A DNA stretch of 64,000 nt from an uncultured Acidobacteriota bacterium (GTDB taxonomy: Bacteria > Acidobacteriota > Thermoanaerobaculia > Gp7-AA8): positions 64,001 through 128,000 of the forward strand of contig CAWGHO010000003.1 in assembly GCA_963822445.1 (NCBI GenBank). Reading direction: 5' to 3'. Positions within the stretch are counted from its first letter, which is position 1. Each line of letters opens with the position of its first letter. The position numbers were made by a program, and so were the translations under genes. The notes below the pieces were generated by a model. The model saw only the letters and a program-made list of their open reading frames with translations, was not told the origin of the DNA and ran no database searches. Positions 19,206-29,016 of this stretch are shown here, piece by piece.

Positions 19206-19209
19206 GTTT

Positions 19210-19296
19210 CGGGGTTACGGGGTTACGGGGTTACGGGGTTACGAGGTGGAGTTGCGAGGTTCTCAGACCTCGTAACCCCGCAACCCCGTAACACCT
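19210..19296. repeat. Octamer tandem repeat (CGGGGTTA)x4 plus inverted copies
   Basis: Seen directly at 19210-19241 and 19267-19296, between convergent stops. Confidence 0.95.
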
Positions 19297-20035
19297 ACCC
19301 AATCGAATCCAGAATCTCCCCAAGCTCCGCACGCCGGCACGTAAACATCGGCGTATCCCGCACGGTGAACTTCGAGGACTCGGTCTCGCGCAGCTCCTGC
19401 ACGAGATCGAGGAATTCGTCGGCGGTGTCGGACTCGAAAGCGACCACGAAATCCTGATCGTCGAGGCCGAACGAGTACGTGGTGTTGATCTTCACCCGCG
19501 GGTATTTGTGGCCGATGGCGATGTGCTCGTTCATGATCCGCTGGCGCTCGGCCTGCGGCAGCAGGTACCAGTCGCGCGTTTTCACGAACGGGTAGACGAA
19601 CAGGTACGGCTTCTTCCCCGGAACGATCCGCAAACGGCGGCCTTCCTGGCCGTCGTGCACGTGCTCCTCGACGTACTGCGAGTGCTTGGTCATGGCCAGG
19701 AAGGACTGGGGGACCTCGAGGTAGCGGCCGAGGATCGATTTGTTGATGTCGGCGGCCATGCGCTGGAAGGGCTCGATGTCGAAGCCGATGCGCCAGAGCA
19801 TGAAGTCCACGCCTGCTTTCAGTCCGACAGTCGAATAGGGCAGGACGATCATCGGGCTCGTGTAGCGGCCGATGATCTCCACGAGCTCCCGTTTCGCATC
19901 CTTCTTCACATCGTCGGCGAGCGAGCGGAACGCGCGGTCGACGCGGAAGAACATGAAGTTGACGAACTGGCGCTGCAGCGGCGGTTGCGCTTCGCGCGCG
20001 GGTCGTGATTCGGGAGCGGTAGTTGTTGTGGTCAT
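19295..20035 (-). CDS. Chlorite dismutase-like / coproheme decarboxylase (HemQ/ChdC) family protein
   Basis: YPFVKTRDWYLLP...ERQRIMNEH...YSFGLDDQDFVVAFE. Confidence 0.88.
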   Translation of the reverse strand: MTTTTTAPESRPAREAQPPLQRQFVNFMFFRVDRAFRSLADDVKKDAKRELVEIIGRYTSPMIVLPYSTVGLKAGVDFMLWRIGFDIEPFQRMAADINKSILGRYLEVPQSFLAMTKHSQYVEEHVHDGQEGRRLRIVPGKKPYLFVYPFVKTRDWYLLPQAERQRIMNEHIAIGHKYPRVKINTTYSFGLDDQDFVVAFESDTADEFLDLVQELRETESSKFTVRDTPMFTCRRAELGEILDSIG

Positions 20036-20065
20036 GGTCCGGCGATTTTATTACGATGCCTGACC

Positions 20066-21448
20066 TTGGCCCCGCGCGCTCCTGCACCGCACTCCGCGCC
20101 TCCCACCGCACGGAACTACCAGCAGCTTCTGACGAAGCTCCTGCGGCATGGGGCGTATCCGCAGCTTCGCAAGATCATCGAGAAAACCCTGCCGGCGGAC
20201 ATTTCTCCGGTCCTGCCGCTGCTGCTCGAAGAAGACCTGCGGCGCATCCTCTCGCTGCTGATCGAATCGGGCAAAGCCGCGCGGGCGCTGCTCGATCTCG
20301 ATGAAGCCGACCTCAAGGCGATCCTGGAATCGCTCGACGATTCGACGCTGGCCGCGGTCTGCAGCTCATCCGCGCCCGACGATGCCGCCGACCTGCTCGA
20401 CTTCCTCCACGACGATCGCCGCGCCCGCGTCCTCGAGCTCCTCGGCGCAACGCAGGGCGCGAAGCTCGAATCGCTGCTCGAAGGAGAGGAGGAGACCGCC
20501 GGCTCGCTGATGAACACGGAGTTCCTCGCGCTCAGCGAGGACATGACAGTCGGCCAGGCCATCGAAGCCATTCGCCAGTACCCGCGCAAAGAATCGTTCT
20601 TCTACGTCTACTGCGTCGACGGCGATCAGCATCTGGTCGGCGTCCTCTCGCTGCGCAGCCTCATCCTCGCCAACGCGGCCGGGGAGCTGAAGGACATCAT
20701 GGTCCAGAGCGTCGTGCGCACGCAGATCGACTCCAGTCCGGAAGAAGTCGCGCAGCTCGTCTCGAAGTACGACCTCCTGTCGATTCCCGTCGTCGATCTG
20801 CAGAACCGGCTCGTCGGTGTGGTCACGGTCGACGACGTCCTCGACGTGATTCAGGAGCAGGCCGAGGAAGATCTGTTGCACCTTGCGGGCGTCGATGCGA
20901 GCGAGCGCGTCACGACGCGCGCGCGCGACGCGTGGCGGACGAGATTTCCGTGGCTCGCGGTGAACCTGGTGACGGCGTTCATCGCCTCATCGGTCGTTCG
21001 CTACTTCGAGCCAACCATTCAGAAGTGGACCGCGCTGGCCGCGTTCATGCCGATCGTCGCCGGGATGGGTGGAAACGCCGGCACGCAGACGCTGACGGTC
21101 TTCGTCCGTGCGCTCGCGCTCGGCGAGATCGACTGGAAAACGGGACTGCGCCCGATCTGGAAAGAGACGCTGGTCGGTCTCGGGAACGGCGCGGCCATCG
21201 GCGCGATCACCGGAACGATCGTCGGATTCTGGACCGGTCAGTGGGTGCTCGCGGGCATTCTCTTCCTGGCGATGTGCCTCAATCTGATCATCGCCGGCGT
21301 GGCCGGCGGGATCGTGCCGCTGCTGCTCGAGCGGCTGGGATTCGATCCCGCGGTCTCGTCGTCGATCTTCGTGACGACCTTTACCGACAGCGGAGGATTC
21401 TTCCTCTTCCTCGGCCTGGCGACGCTGGCGATGCGTTACGTGCTCTGA
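20066..21448 (+). CDS. mgtE: Magnesium transporter MgtE
   Basis: MgtE-N, CBS pair, RFPWL, GMGGNAGTQ, DPAVSS..FVTTFTD. Confidence 0.96.
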   Translation: MAPRAPAPHSAPPTARNYQQLLTKLLRHGAYPQLRKIIEKTLPADISPVLPLLLEEDLRRILSLLIESGKAARALLDLDEADLKAILESLDDSTLAAVCSSSAPDDAADLLDFLHDDRRARVLELLGATQGAKLESLLEGEEETAGSLMNTEFLALSEDMTVGQAIEAIRQYPRKESFFYVYCVDGDQHLVGVLSLRSLILANAAGELKDIMVQSVVRTQIDSSPEEVAQLVSKYDLLSIPVVDLQNRLVGVVTVDDVLDVIQEQAEEDLLHLAGVDASERVTTRARDAWRTRFPWLAVNLVTAFIASSVVRYFEPTIQKWTALAAFMPIVAGMGGNAGTQTLTVFVRALALGEIDWKTGLRPIWKETLVGLGNGAAIGAITGTIVGFWTGQWVLAGILFLAMCLNLIIAGVAGGIVPLLLERLGFDPAVSSSIFVTTFTDSGGFFLFLGLATLAMRYVL

Positions 21449-21455
21449 CGTGCGT

Positions 21456-23711
21456 TCAGCGCGTCGCGCGCCTTCTCAGCGCGAACGTCTTCATGAACAC
21501 CCGATCCACGCCGCCGAACTGGGGCTCCCACGAGGGGCGGCTGTAGGCGATCGCGATGCCTGCCGGCGCGCGGGACAGCGCCACGCGCTCCTCGTAGATC
21601 GCGTAACCGTGGCCGGGGGCGGCGACGAGCGTCGTCGCGACATGGAGAGACGGCGAGATGTAGGCGACGTGCACGGGAAGGGTCCATGCCGGATAGTCGC
21701 CCGCGCGCCAGGCCACCGCGTACCGTGCGCCATCCCAGATGACGGCGGGGATGGCGGCCGCCGCCAGTCCGACCACGACCCCGCCAACGGGGCCCTGAGG
21801 CATCCCATCCGCGGTGATGCGGCGCGCGCGCAGGTTGAAAAGGTCGGTCCACAGCAGCAGCCAGTCCGTTCCATCGGAGGCAAGCGAGCAGTACAGGCTG
21901 CGGTCCGCCGACTGGGCGAGGATTCGCGGTGTCGCATCGACGACGCCCAGGGACTCAGTCAGGCGCAGGCCTACGATGCGTGGCGTCGCGCGCGGGTCGG
22001 GGTGAAACGGCGGCAGCTCGTCGAACCTGGTCTCCGCCCAGGCAACGAGGAAATGGGTCCCGTTCCACGCCGCGGTCAGATCGAGCGCGTAGCTGGGATT
22101 GCTCGGGACCCTGATCGGCGCCGACGCGGTCCTTGTCGCGCGGTCGAGTCGTACCGCCTGAATCGTCATGTCGCCCCAGAGCATCAACGTCGCTGGCCCG
22201 CTCGTCGCCAGCGTCAGGTTTGCGTACGACGATTCGAAGCGCAGCGGATCGTCGATCTCGCCGGCGGGACTGATGAAGCGGGCGTAGACCGCGACTCGGT
22301 TCGCGGCGTACTGCCACCAGGCCACGATGTAGCTCTCGCCATCAAACACGACGCTGGCCGGGCCGGTCGGCCCCTCGGCGAGCTGCATCCCGCGTCCATC
22401 GAGCGAGACACCATTCTCGACGCGAGTCGCCCACAGGCCATCGCGCTCCGACCAGACCACGAGGTGTTGATTCGGTCCGTGGGCGATGGCGGGGTGCTGC
22501 TGCTCGTTCGCGCTCTTGGTGAGAAGGACCGCGTCGCTCTTCGGCGCGAACGAAGCCGCATCGAAGACCTGGGCCTCGACCGCGTAATCGGACGGATGCC
22601 ATTGCCCCGGCGGTGGTTTGACGCGGATCCAGGCCACGAGCATTTCCGAGCCGTTCGAGGACGCGACCGGATAGTCGGTGAGGAACCCCGCAGGGCTTCT
22701 CACGATCGTGCGTGCGTTGGAGAGAGAGCCATTCGCCGCCACTTCGCGCACTTCGATGCCGGAGCTGTCCAGGGAGTACGTAAAGAAGAGGAAGCGTTCC
22801 GGGAAGCCGATCAGCGAGGCGAAGGAAAGCTGCATGCCCTCCGGAATCACCTGCGCGGCGCCGATGGAGAGATCGGTGGCGAGCGCGCGGGTGGTGCGGA
22901 CCTCGGTTTTTCTCCGGTCCGGCTCGCGCGCCAGAAACACGTAGCCGCTCGCGTTTCCGGCAATGCGGATGTCAGAGGCGGTCGCGATCGTGCTCTTTGC
23001 CGGATCGACAGGGGTGCCGTTCGCGTCGAGCCGCATTGCCTCGAGACTCGAATCCAACCACGTCTTCGGCGGCGTGAGCGAGCCCCACAGCACGACATAG
23101 TCGTCGCCATTCGAGGCGATGGTGCCTCCGGAGAGGAGCGGTGGACCGCCGGGAGCCGTTCCGGGTGCGAGCGAATGAACGGTGATGAGGTTCATCTCGA
23201 GGTCGAGCACGGTCGCGCTCATCTCGTACGGTGAGACAGCCGATTTATGCACGAGGACGATGGTCTTGCCGTTCGTCGCGGCGTATTGCGAAGAGGTGAT
23301 CAACCCGCGGGCGACGACGCGCGGCGGAGTGACGATCGTGCCGTCGGACGCGATCCGTGCGGCGTGGAAAGCGTTGTCTCGAGCCCATACGACGACGTAG
23401 GCGCCGCCGGCGAAGAAGGCATGCGGCAAAGTGCCGGGTTCCGCGTTGATGATGATCCCGAACGGATCGAGAACCTTTCCCTCGCGCGTCACTCGCGACG
23501 CGAGCAGGCGCGAATTGCGGGACTCGCCCATGGTCCGGGTGTCGTTCCACACCACGAGAAAGTCGCGGCCGTCGCTGGCCGTGGCAACGGAGGTGCGAGT
23601 GCCCGGCGCGGAAACGACGGCCGGCGTGCCGACGGCGATCTCGGTTGCGGCGATCAGAGTTGCGGCGCAGAGACTGGCGAGGATCAGGGTAACGCCGCGG
23701 AGGAAGCGCAT
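21456..23711 (-). CDS. Secreted beta-repeat hypothetical protein ending in RRRATR
   Basis: Signal peptide; repeated A-S-(D/N)-G-x-x-(F/Y/W)-L-V-V-W blades; basic C-terminal tail. Confidence 0.8.
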   Translation of the reverse strand: MRFLRGVTLILASLCAATLIAATEIAVGTPAVVSAPGTRTSVATASDGRDFLVVWNDTRTMGESRNSRLLASRVTREGKVLDPFGIIINAEPGTLPHAFFAGGAYVVVWARDNAFHAARIASDGTIVTPPRVVARGLITSSQYAATNGKTIVLVHKSAVSPYEMSATVLDLEMNLITVHSLAPGTAPGGPPLLSGGTIASNGDDYVVLWGSLTPPKTWLDSSLEAMRLDANGTPVDPAKSTIATASDIRIAGNASGYVFLAREPDRRKTEVRTTRALATDLSIGAAQVIPEGMQLSFASLIGFPERFLFFTYSLDSSGIEVREVAANGSLSNARTIVRSPAGFLTDYPVASSNGSEMLVAWIRVKPPPGQWHPSDYAVEAQVFDAASFAPKSDAVLLTKSANEQQHPAIAHGPNQHLVVWSERDGLWATRVENGVSLDGRGMQLAEGPTGPASVVFDGESYIVAWWQYAANRVAVYARFISPAGEIDDPLRFESSYANLTLATSGPATLMLWGDMTIQAVRLDRATRTASAPIRVPSNPSYALDLTAAWNGTHFLVAWAETRFDELPPFHPDPRATPRIVGLRLTESLGVVDATPRILAQSADRSLYCSLASDGTDWLLLWTDLFNLRARRITADGMPQGPVGGVVVGLAAAAIPAVIWDGARYAVAWRAGDYPAWTLPVHVAYISPSLHVATTLVAAPGHGYAIYEERVALSRAPAGIAIAYSRPSWEPQFGGVDRVFMKTFALRRRATR

Positions 23712-23990
23712 ATGGTGTTACAGCATAACCGCAGTTCACTTCTTTACGGCAACGTTCCTCTGAAATAACGCCGGAATTTGGCGTCTAGACCCCGGAAACA
23801 GGCCATTTTTCGGCCATTCAGCGGGAAGGGTGTGAGGAACGGCCGCACGTCTCGATGTCAAGCCTTGGAAAACGGGTGATATGGCTGAGCCCAAAATGGG
23901 GTCAAGTCTCATGGCGACAGCGGGTTAGGTCAGTTCGCCCAAACGTGTGTGCAAAGAGCTGAAAGCCGCTATTTTTTGCGGGTTCCCGCG

Positions 23991-24048
23991 TTTTTCACAA
24001 CGATTTCCGCAGCGTTTTCCACACATTCTGTGTAAAGGATTTTTCACC
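23991..24048. promoter_or_regulatory. Cluster of DnaA-box-like 9-mers
   Basis: TTTTTCACA at 23991 and TTTTCCACA at 24015 fit TTWTNCACA; degenerate copies at 24003, 24029 (reverse) and 24040. Confidence 0.4.
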
Positions 24049-24621
24049 CTCCCGAATGAATCGCGGCTCAGCACCGGTAAGGTCCAGAATCGCTGATGGT
24101 TCGCCCGTTCTCGGGCCTCCGTCGATCACCGCATCGAGAGCTTCGTGCAGGTCGGAAGGGAGCATCAAAGGTGTCTGAACGGGCGGCTCTCCGCTGCGAT
24201 TCGCGCTCGTGGAAACGAGCGGACCGGTGCGTGTGATGAGCTCGCGAAGCCAGTCGAGCGCGGGGATGCGGACGGCCAGTGACGATGCGCCGCGGCTGGC
24301 CGGGATGGGCTGGCGAAGCGGAAGGATGGCCGTGAGGGGGGCGGGCCAGATGGTATTCAGTCCACGCAGCAGATCGACATCTGCCTCGATCCCGATCTCC
24401 GTCAACTGATCGATCGACGCGGCCAGGACGATGAAGGGCTTGGCGTCGTCGCGGCCCTTGAGCTCGGCGATGCGCGCGACGGCGGCCGCGTCCGTGGCGA
24501 CGGCGTGCAGCCCGTAGATGGTGTCGGTCGGAAGAAGAACGATCTTGCCGTCGCGAAACAACTCGGCGATTTCGTTGATCTGGAGAGCGCTCGGCGCTTC
24601 TTTGATGTACCAGCGTCTCAT
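23995..24621 (-). CDS. tsaC: L-threonylcarbamoyladenylate synthase (TsaC/Sua5/YrdC)
   Basis: PTDTIYGL, KGR..KP, WPAPLT, AVRIP, STSANRSG. Confidence 0.93.
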   Translation of the reverse strand: MRRWYIKEAPSALQINEIAELFRDGKIVLLPTDTIYGLHAVATDAAAVARIAELKGRDDAKPFIVLAASIDQLTEIGIEADVDLLRGLNTIWPAPLTAILPLRQPIPASRGASSLAVRIPALDWLRELITRTGPLVSTSANRSGEPPVQTPLMLPSDLHEALDAVIDGGPRTGEPSAILDLTGAEPRFIREGEKSFTQNVWKTLRKSL

Positions 24622-26309
24622 TTGGAGTGCGCCGCACTCCGCAGCTCGCGCGCATGAGCCCGGGCTGATTCGGTGATCTTCTCGCCTCCCAGCATTCTGG
24701 CGATCTCGTTCACCCGGTCATCCTGATCGTCGAGCCGCCGGATTCGCGCGCGCGTGTGGCCGTCCGCGTCTTCTTTCCAGACGTAAAAGTGCGTCGTCCC
24801 GAAGCTGGCGATCTGCGGCAGATGGGTGACGCAGATGACCTGGTTCTTCGCGGAGAGCTCCTGCAGCTTGCGGCCGACGACTTCCGCCACCCGTCCGCCG
24901 ATGCCGGCGTCGATCTCGTCGAACACGAGCGTGGCCGCGGCCGCGCTCGACGAGGCTTTGAACAACGCCGCGGCGATCGCGAGCTGAATGCGCGACAGCT
25001 CGCCGCCCGACGCAATGCGCTGCATCGCCTTCGGCTCTTCCCCACGATTGGGCGCGATGAGAATGTCCACGCGATCGATGCCGTCCGCCGACGGCGCGCC
25101 ATCGCGCGCGTCGACGGTCACCTTCACCGTCGTCCGCTCCATGGCCAGGTCGTTGAGCTCTTTCTGGATGGCCTGCTCGAACGAGCGCGCCGCTTTTTTC
25201 CGCGCCGCGGAGAGTTTCTCCGCCGCTTTCCGATACGCGGAAAGCCGCGCCGACTCGGCGACCTGCAGTTTCTCCACGCTCGACTCGTAATCCTCGAGGC
25301 GGTCGTACTCGTCCTGAATCCGGCTGAGATGCTCGAGCGCCGCCTCGATGGAACCGCCGTACTTTTTCTTCATCCGCTCGATGGTCACCAGGCGGTCCTC
25401 GATCTGTTCGAGGCGCGCCGGATCGTGGCGAACGGATTCGCTGAGGCTGCCGAGGGTGCGGGCCAGGTCCTGGAGGCGGTACATGGCTTCCTGGAGGTCT
25501 TTGGAGATCGTCTCCAGCTCGTTGATGTGGCGGGTCAGCGGCTGGAGGAGGTGAATCGCGCGGCCGAGCTGCGCGATCGCCGACAGCTCGTCTTCGTCGA
25601 TGAGCTGAAACGCGCCGGACGTCGCCTCGATCATCTCGCGGGCGTGGCTGAGGATCGCCTTTTCGCTCCGTGCGTTCTCTTCTTCCGCCGGATCGAGCCG
25701 GGCCGCGGAAAGCTCGTCGACCTGGTACTTGAGAAGATCCAGACGAAGGGTGCGATCGCGCTGAGCTTCGGTGATCTCGCGAAGCTGATCGGCAGCCACT
25801 TTCCACTCGGCGTAGAGCGCGCGAGTCGAATCGAGCAACGCCGCGTGGTTGCCGTATTCGTCGACCAGCTCGCGGTAAGACTGTCCGGCCACGCGGTGGT
25901 GCGATTCGTTCTGACCATGGATCTCGAGGACTGCGTCCATGGCGGAACCGAGATCGCGGACAGACAGGGGAGAACCATTGATGAGGACGCGCGCGCGTCC
26001 ACCCGCGGCAATCTCCCGGCGAACGATCAGCTCGATGACGCCGCCCTGAACCTTGACGTCGACGCCGAGCTCATCCAGTTGGAAACGCACACTCTTCGGC
26101 AGATGAAACACCGCCTCGGCAGTCATCTTGTCGCTGCCGCTGCGGATCATTTCAGTCGATCCCCGAGCCCCGCGCAGGAACTCCAGCGAGTCGATCAGCA
26201 GCGATTTGCCCGCACCGGTCTCGCCGGTGAGGACGTTCAGGCCCGGGCCTGGCTCGATGGCGAGCTCTTCGACGATGGCGAGGTTCCGGACCTTGAGATA
26301 GGTGATCAC
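24618..26309 (-). CDS. recN: DNA repair protein RecN
   Basis: GTG start; LTGETGAGKS, ASGGELSR, FDEIDAGIGG, QVICVTHLPQIA, EIARMLGG. Confidence 0.96.
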   Translation of the reverse strand: MITYLKVRNLAIVEELAIEPGPGLNVLTGETGAGKSLLIDSLEFLRGARGSTEMIRSGSDKMTAEAVFHLPKSVRFQLDELGVDVKVQGGVIELIVRREIAAGGRARVLINGSPLSVRDLGSAMDAVLEIHGQNESHHRVAGQSYRELVDEYGNHAALLDSTRALYAEWKVAADQLREITEAQRDRTLRLDLLKYQVDELSAARLDPAEEENARSEKAILSHAREMIEATSGAFQLIDEDELSAIAQLGRAIHLLQPLTRHINELETISKDLQEAMYRLQDLARTLGSLSESVRHDPARLEQIEDRLVTIERMKKKYGGSIEAALEHLSRIQDEYDRLEDYESSVEKLQVAESARLSAYRKAAEKLSAARKKAARSFEQAIQKELNDLAMERTTVKVTVDARDGAPSADGIDRVDILIAPNRGEEPKAMQRIASGGELSRIQLAIAAALFKASSSAAAATLVFDEIDAGIGGRVAEVVGRKLQELSAKNQVICVTHLPQIASFGTTHFYVWKEDADGHTRARIRRLDDQDDRVNEIARMLGGEKITESARAHARELRSAAHSK

Positions 26310-26329
26310 GACCGGCGAAAAGTTTACCT

Positions 26330-26345
26330 CGGCAACGTCTTTGCT
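26330..26345 (+). promoter_or_regulatory. Possible sigma54 -24/-12 promoter
   Basis: cGGCAACGTCTTTGCt (GG-N10-GC) just upstream of the L,D-transpeptidase. Confidence 0.4.
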
Positions 26346-26357
26346 CTTGTCAGGCTC

Positions 26358-27623
26358 ATGAACATGCGGAAATTCATCGTGGCGGCCCTGCTCATCGGAT
26401 CCGTGGCTTGTAGTAAAGAGGAAGCGAAAGACGCAAAAGACGCCGTCACCGAAAAGGCGACCGAGGTCGCCGCGAAGGTGGACGACGCGATCGACATCGC
26501 CGTCCCGCTCGGCAAGGACGACCCGGCCGCGCGCGAAAAAGAGCGCTTCGACGAAGGCTGGCGCGGCCTCAGCGGCTTCAGCGAAGTGAAAGCGGGTCCG
26601 CCCCAGGGTCCGGCCGCGCCCGAAGTGAAAGTCACCTTTGCCCCGAACGGCAAGGAGAGCGGCTTCAAGAACGTGAAGCCGGAGATGATCCAGGACGCGC
26701 CGGTGGTCGTTCCGATCAAGGGCGACATGGCCGGGCCGTCTGTGCTGAAGACGCAGGTCTATCTCGACCGCCTGCATTTCTCGGTCGGTGCGCTCGACGG
26801 ACGCTGGGGAAGGAACTCGGCGATCGCGCTCTGGTGGTATCAGCGCTCGCGCGGGATCAACGCGACGGAGCCGGGCGCACTCGATGAAGCGACGTTCCGC
26901 TCACTCGCCGGAGCGGCCGGCGGTGAGGCCGCGGTCACGCAGCACACGGTGACCGAGGAGGATGTGAAGGGACCGTTCGTGAGCGTGCCGGAAGAGATGT
27001 ACGACAAGGCCAAGCTCGATTGTCTTTGCTACGAATCGAAGAAAGAGAAGCTGGCGGAGATCTTCCACACCACGACTGACTTCCTCGACGTGCTGAATCC
27101 CGACGCCGACTTCTCCAACATCAAGGCCGGCGATCGCATCTGGGTTCCGAACGTCCGCGAGACGCCGATGCAGGCGCAGCCCGACATCGCGCGCGTGGTC
27201 GTTTCGATCAAGGGCAACTCCTTCAACGCCTTCGATGCGCAGGGCAACCTGATCTTCCATGCGCCGACGACGCTGGGCAACAAGTACGACCCGTCCCCGC
27301 GCGAGACCGTGCAGGTGAAGAAGATCGTGCACGACCCGCACTTCCACTATCAGCCGAAGCTCTTCGCCGAAGTACCGGATGACGAGCCGGAAGCGAACCT
27401 GAACCCGGGCCCGAACTCGCCTGTCGGCGTGGTCTGGATCGCGCTGACCAAACCGCATTTCGGCGTGCACGGAACGTCTGATCCCGACTCGATCGGCTAC
27501 GCCTCCTCACACGGGTGCGTGCGCCTGACGAACTGGGACGCGAAGGAAGTGGCGAACCGGATCTCGGAGGGTGTGTCGGTCGAGTTCCTGGATACGAGGA
27601 CTACACAGACGGCGTCGAGGTGA
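26358..27623 (+). CDS. L,D-transpeptidase lipoprotein (PG-binding + YkuD)
   Basis: Lipobox SVAC; PGPNSPVG...FGVHGT...SHGCVRL. Confidence 0.92.
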   Translation: MNMRKFIVAALLIGSVACSKEEAKDAKDAVTEKATEVAAKVDDAIDIAVPLGKDDPAAREKERFDEGWRGLSGFSEVKAGPPQGPAAPEVKVTFAPNGKESGFKNVKPEMIQDAPVVVPIKGDMAGPSVLKTQVYLDRLHFSVGALDGRWGRNSAIALWWYQRSRGINATEPGALDEATFRSLAGAAGGEAAVTQHTVTEEDVKGPFVSVPEEMYDKAKLDCLCYESKKEKLAEIFHTTTDFLDVLNPDADFSNIKAGDRIWVPNVRETPMQAQPDIARVVVSIKGNSFNAFDAQGNLIFHAPTTLGNKYDPSPRETVQVKKIVHDPHFHYQPKLFAEVPDDEPEANLNPGPNSPVGVVWIALTKPHFGVHGTSDPDSIGYASSHGCVRLTNWDAKEVANRISEGVSVEFLDTRTTQTASR

Positions 27624-27624
27624 G

Positions 27625-27681
27625 TGGAGTGCGGCGGCTCTGCCGCCGCTTTCAAAGCGGCAGCAGAGCTGCCGCACTCCA
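27625..27681. repeat. REP doublet (GGAG-type) between convergent genes
   Basis: tggagtgcggcggctctgccgccgcttt-c-aaagcggcagcagagctgccgcactcca. Confidence 0.9.
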
Positions 27682-27684
27682 ACG

Positions 27685-28972
27685 CTAAGCCACCGCCTGC
27701 CGCAACTCCTCGGTCGTGATGCCCGGCGATTTCAGGTTGCCGATGAGCGTCAGCGAAAGCGAGTCCGCATCGACGATCGTCGAGGCGACGCTCTGGATGT
27801 CCTCCAGCGTGACCGCGTCGATGTGCTCGATGATCTCGTCGGCGGAGTACTGACGGCCAAAGTAATACTCCTGGCGGGCGATGCCGGACATGCGGCTGAT
27901 CGTCGATTCGAGCGACAGCAGGATCGAGCCCTTGAGGTGCAGCTTCGACGCGGCCAGTTCTTCCGCCGTCACGCCGGCACCCTTGATCTGGCGCATCTCC
28001 GCGAGCGTCAGATCGAGCACGCGCCGCAGGTTCTTCGGCGCGCAGGCGGCGTACACGGCCTCGTATCCGCCGTGCAGGTAGCCGTTGTGATACGAGGCCA
28101 CGCTGTAAACCAGGCCTTCCTGTTCGCGGATCTCTGAAAGAGCCGCGAGGACATGCTGCCGCCGAGCGATGGCGTTGAACAGCGCCGCCGCGTAGCGCTC
28201 GTGCGCCCTGCTGCGGAAAGCCGCGCGAGCCGAGACAGAGGTGAACCTGTTCGAGCTCGCGCTTCTCGCGGAGGATCACGTGCTGCGCCGGCGTCGGCGC
28301 CGACCACTCACGGCGGAACGGCGGCTGTGAGGCTTTCGGGAAGTGCTTTTCCAGAAACGGTAGGACATCCTCGGGCTTCACGTTGCCGGAGGCCGCGAAG
28401 ATCACGTTCGAGGGCTGGAAGGTCTCGCGGTAATGCTCGACGATCTTGTCGCGCTCGAGCCGGGCAATGGTCTCCTCGGTGCCGAGGATCGGCCGTCCCA
28501 GCGGATGATCGGGCCAGAACGAGGTCACGAAAATCTCGTGCACCAGATCGTCCGGCGTGTCCTCGACCATCTTGATCTCTTCGAGGATGACGCCGCGCTC
28601 CATCTCCACGTCCTCGTGCGTGAACCGCGGTGAGGTGACGATGTCGGTCAGCAATTCCAGCGCGGTCGGCACCTGTTCGTCGAGCACGTGCGCGTAAAAC
28701 GACGTGTACTCCTTGCCGGTGAAGGCGTCGACGTCGCCGCCGAGGATGTCGATGACCTGGGCGATCTCGGCGGTGTTGCGTTTCTCGGTTCCCTTGAAGA
28801 CCAGATGTTCGAGGAAGTGCGACGCGCCGCCATGCTCCTCCGACTCGACCGCCGATCCGCTGCGCAGGTAGTACCCGAGCGCAACCGAGCGGACGTAGGG
28901 AAGGGTCTCGACGAGGACCGTAATCCCTGAGTCGAGTGTGGTTTTGAAGACCGTCGTTTTCTGGCGGGGCAT
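27685..28972 (-). CDS. M16 (pitrilysin) family zinc peptidase, frameshifts at ~28135-28210
   Basis: HFLEHLVFKGT, MERGVILEEI; LGGSMSSRLFQ and the C-terminal LSLESTISRM lie in other frames. Confidence 0.9.
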
Positions 28973-29016
28973 GCGGCCGAGATTGTAGCCCTGAGCGAGC
29001 GCAGCGAGTCGAAGGG

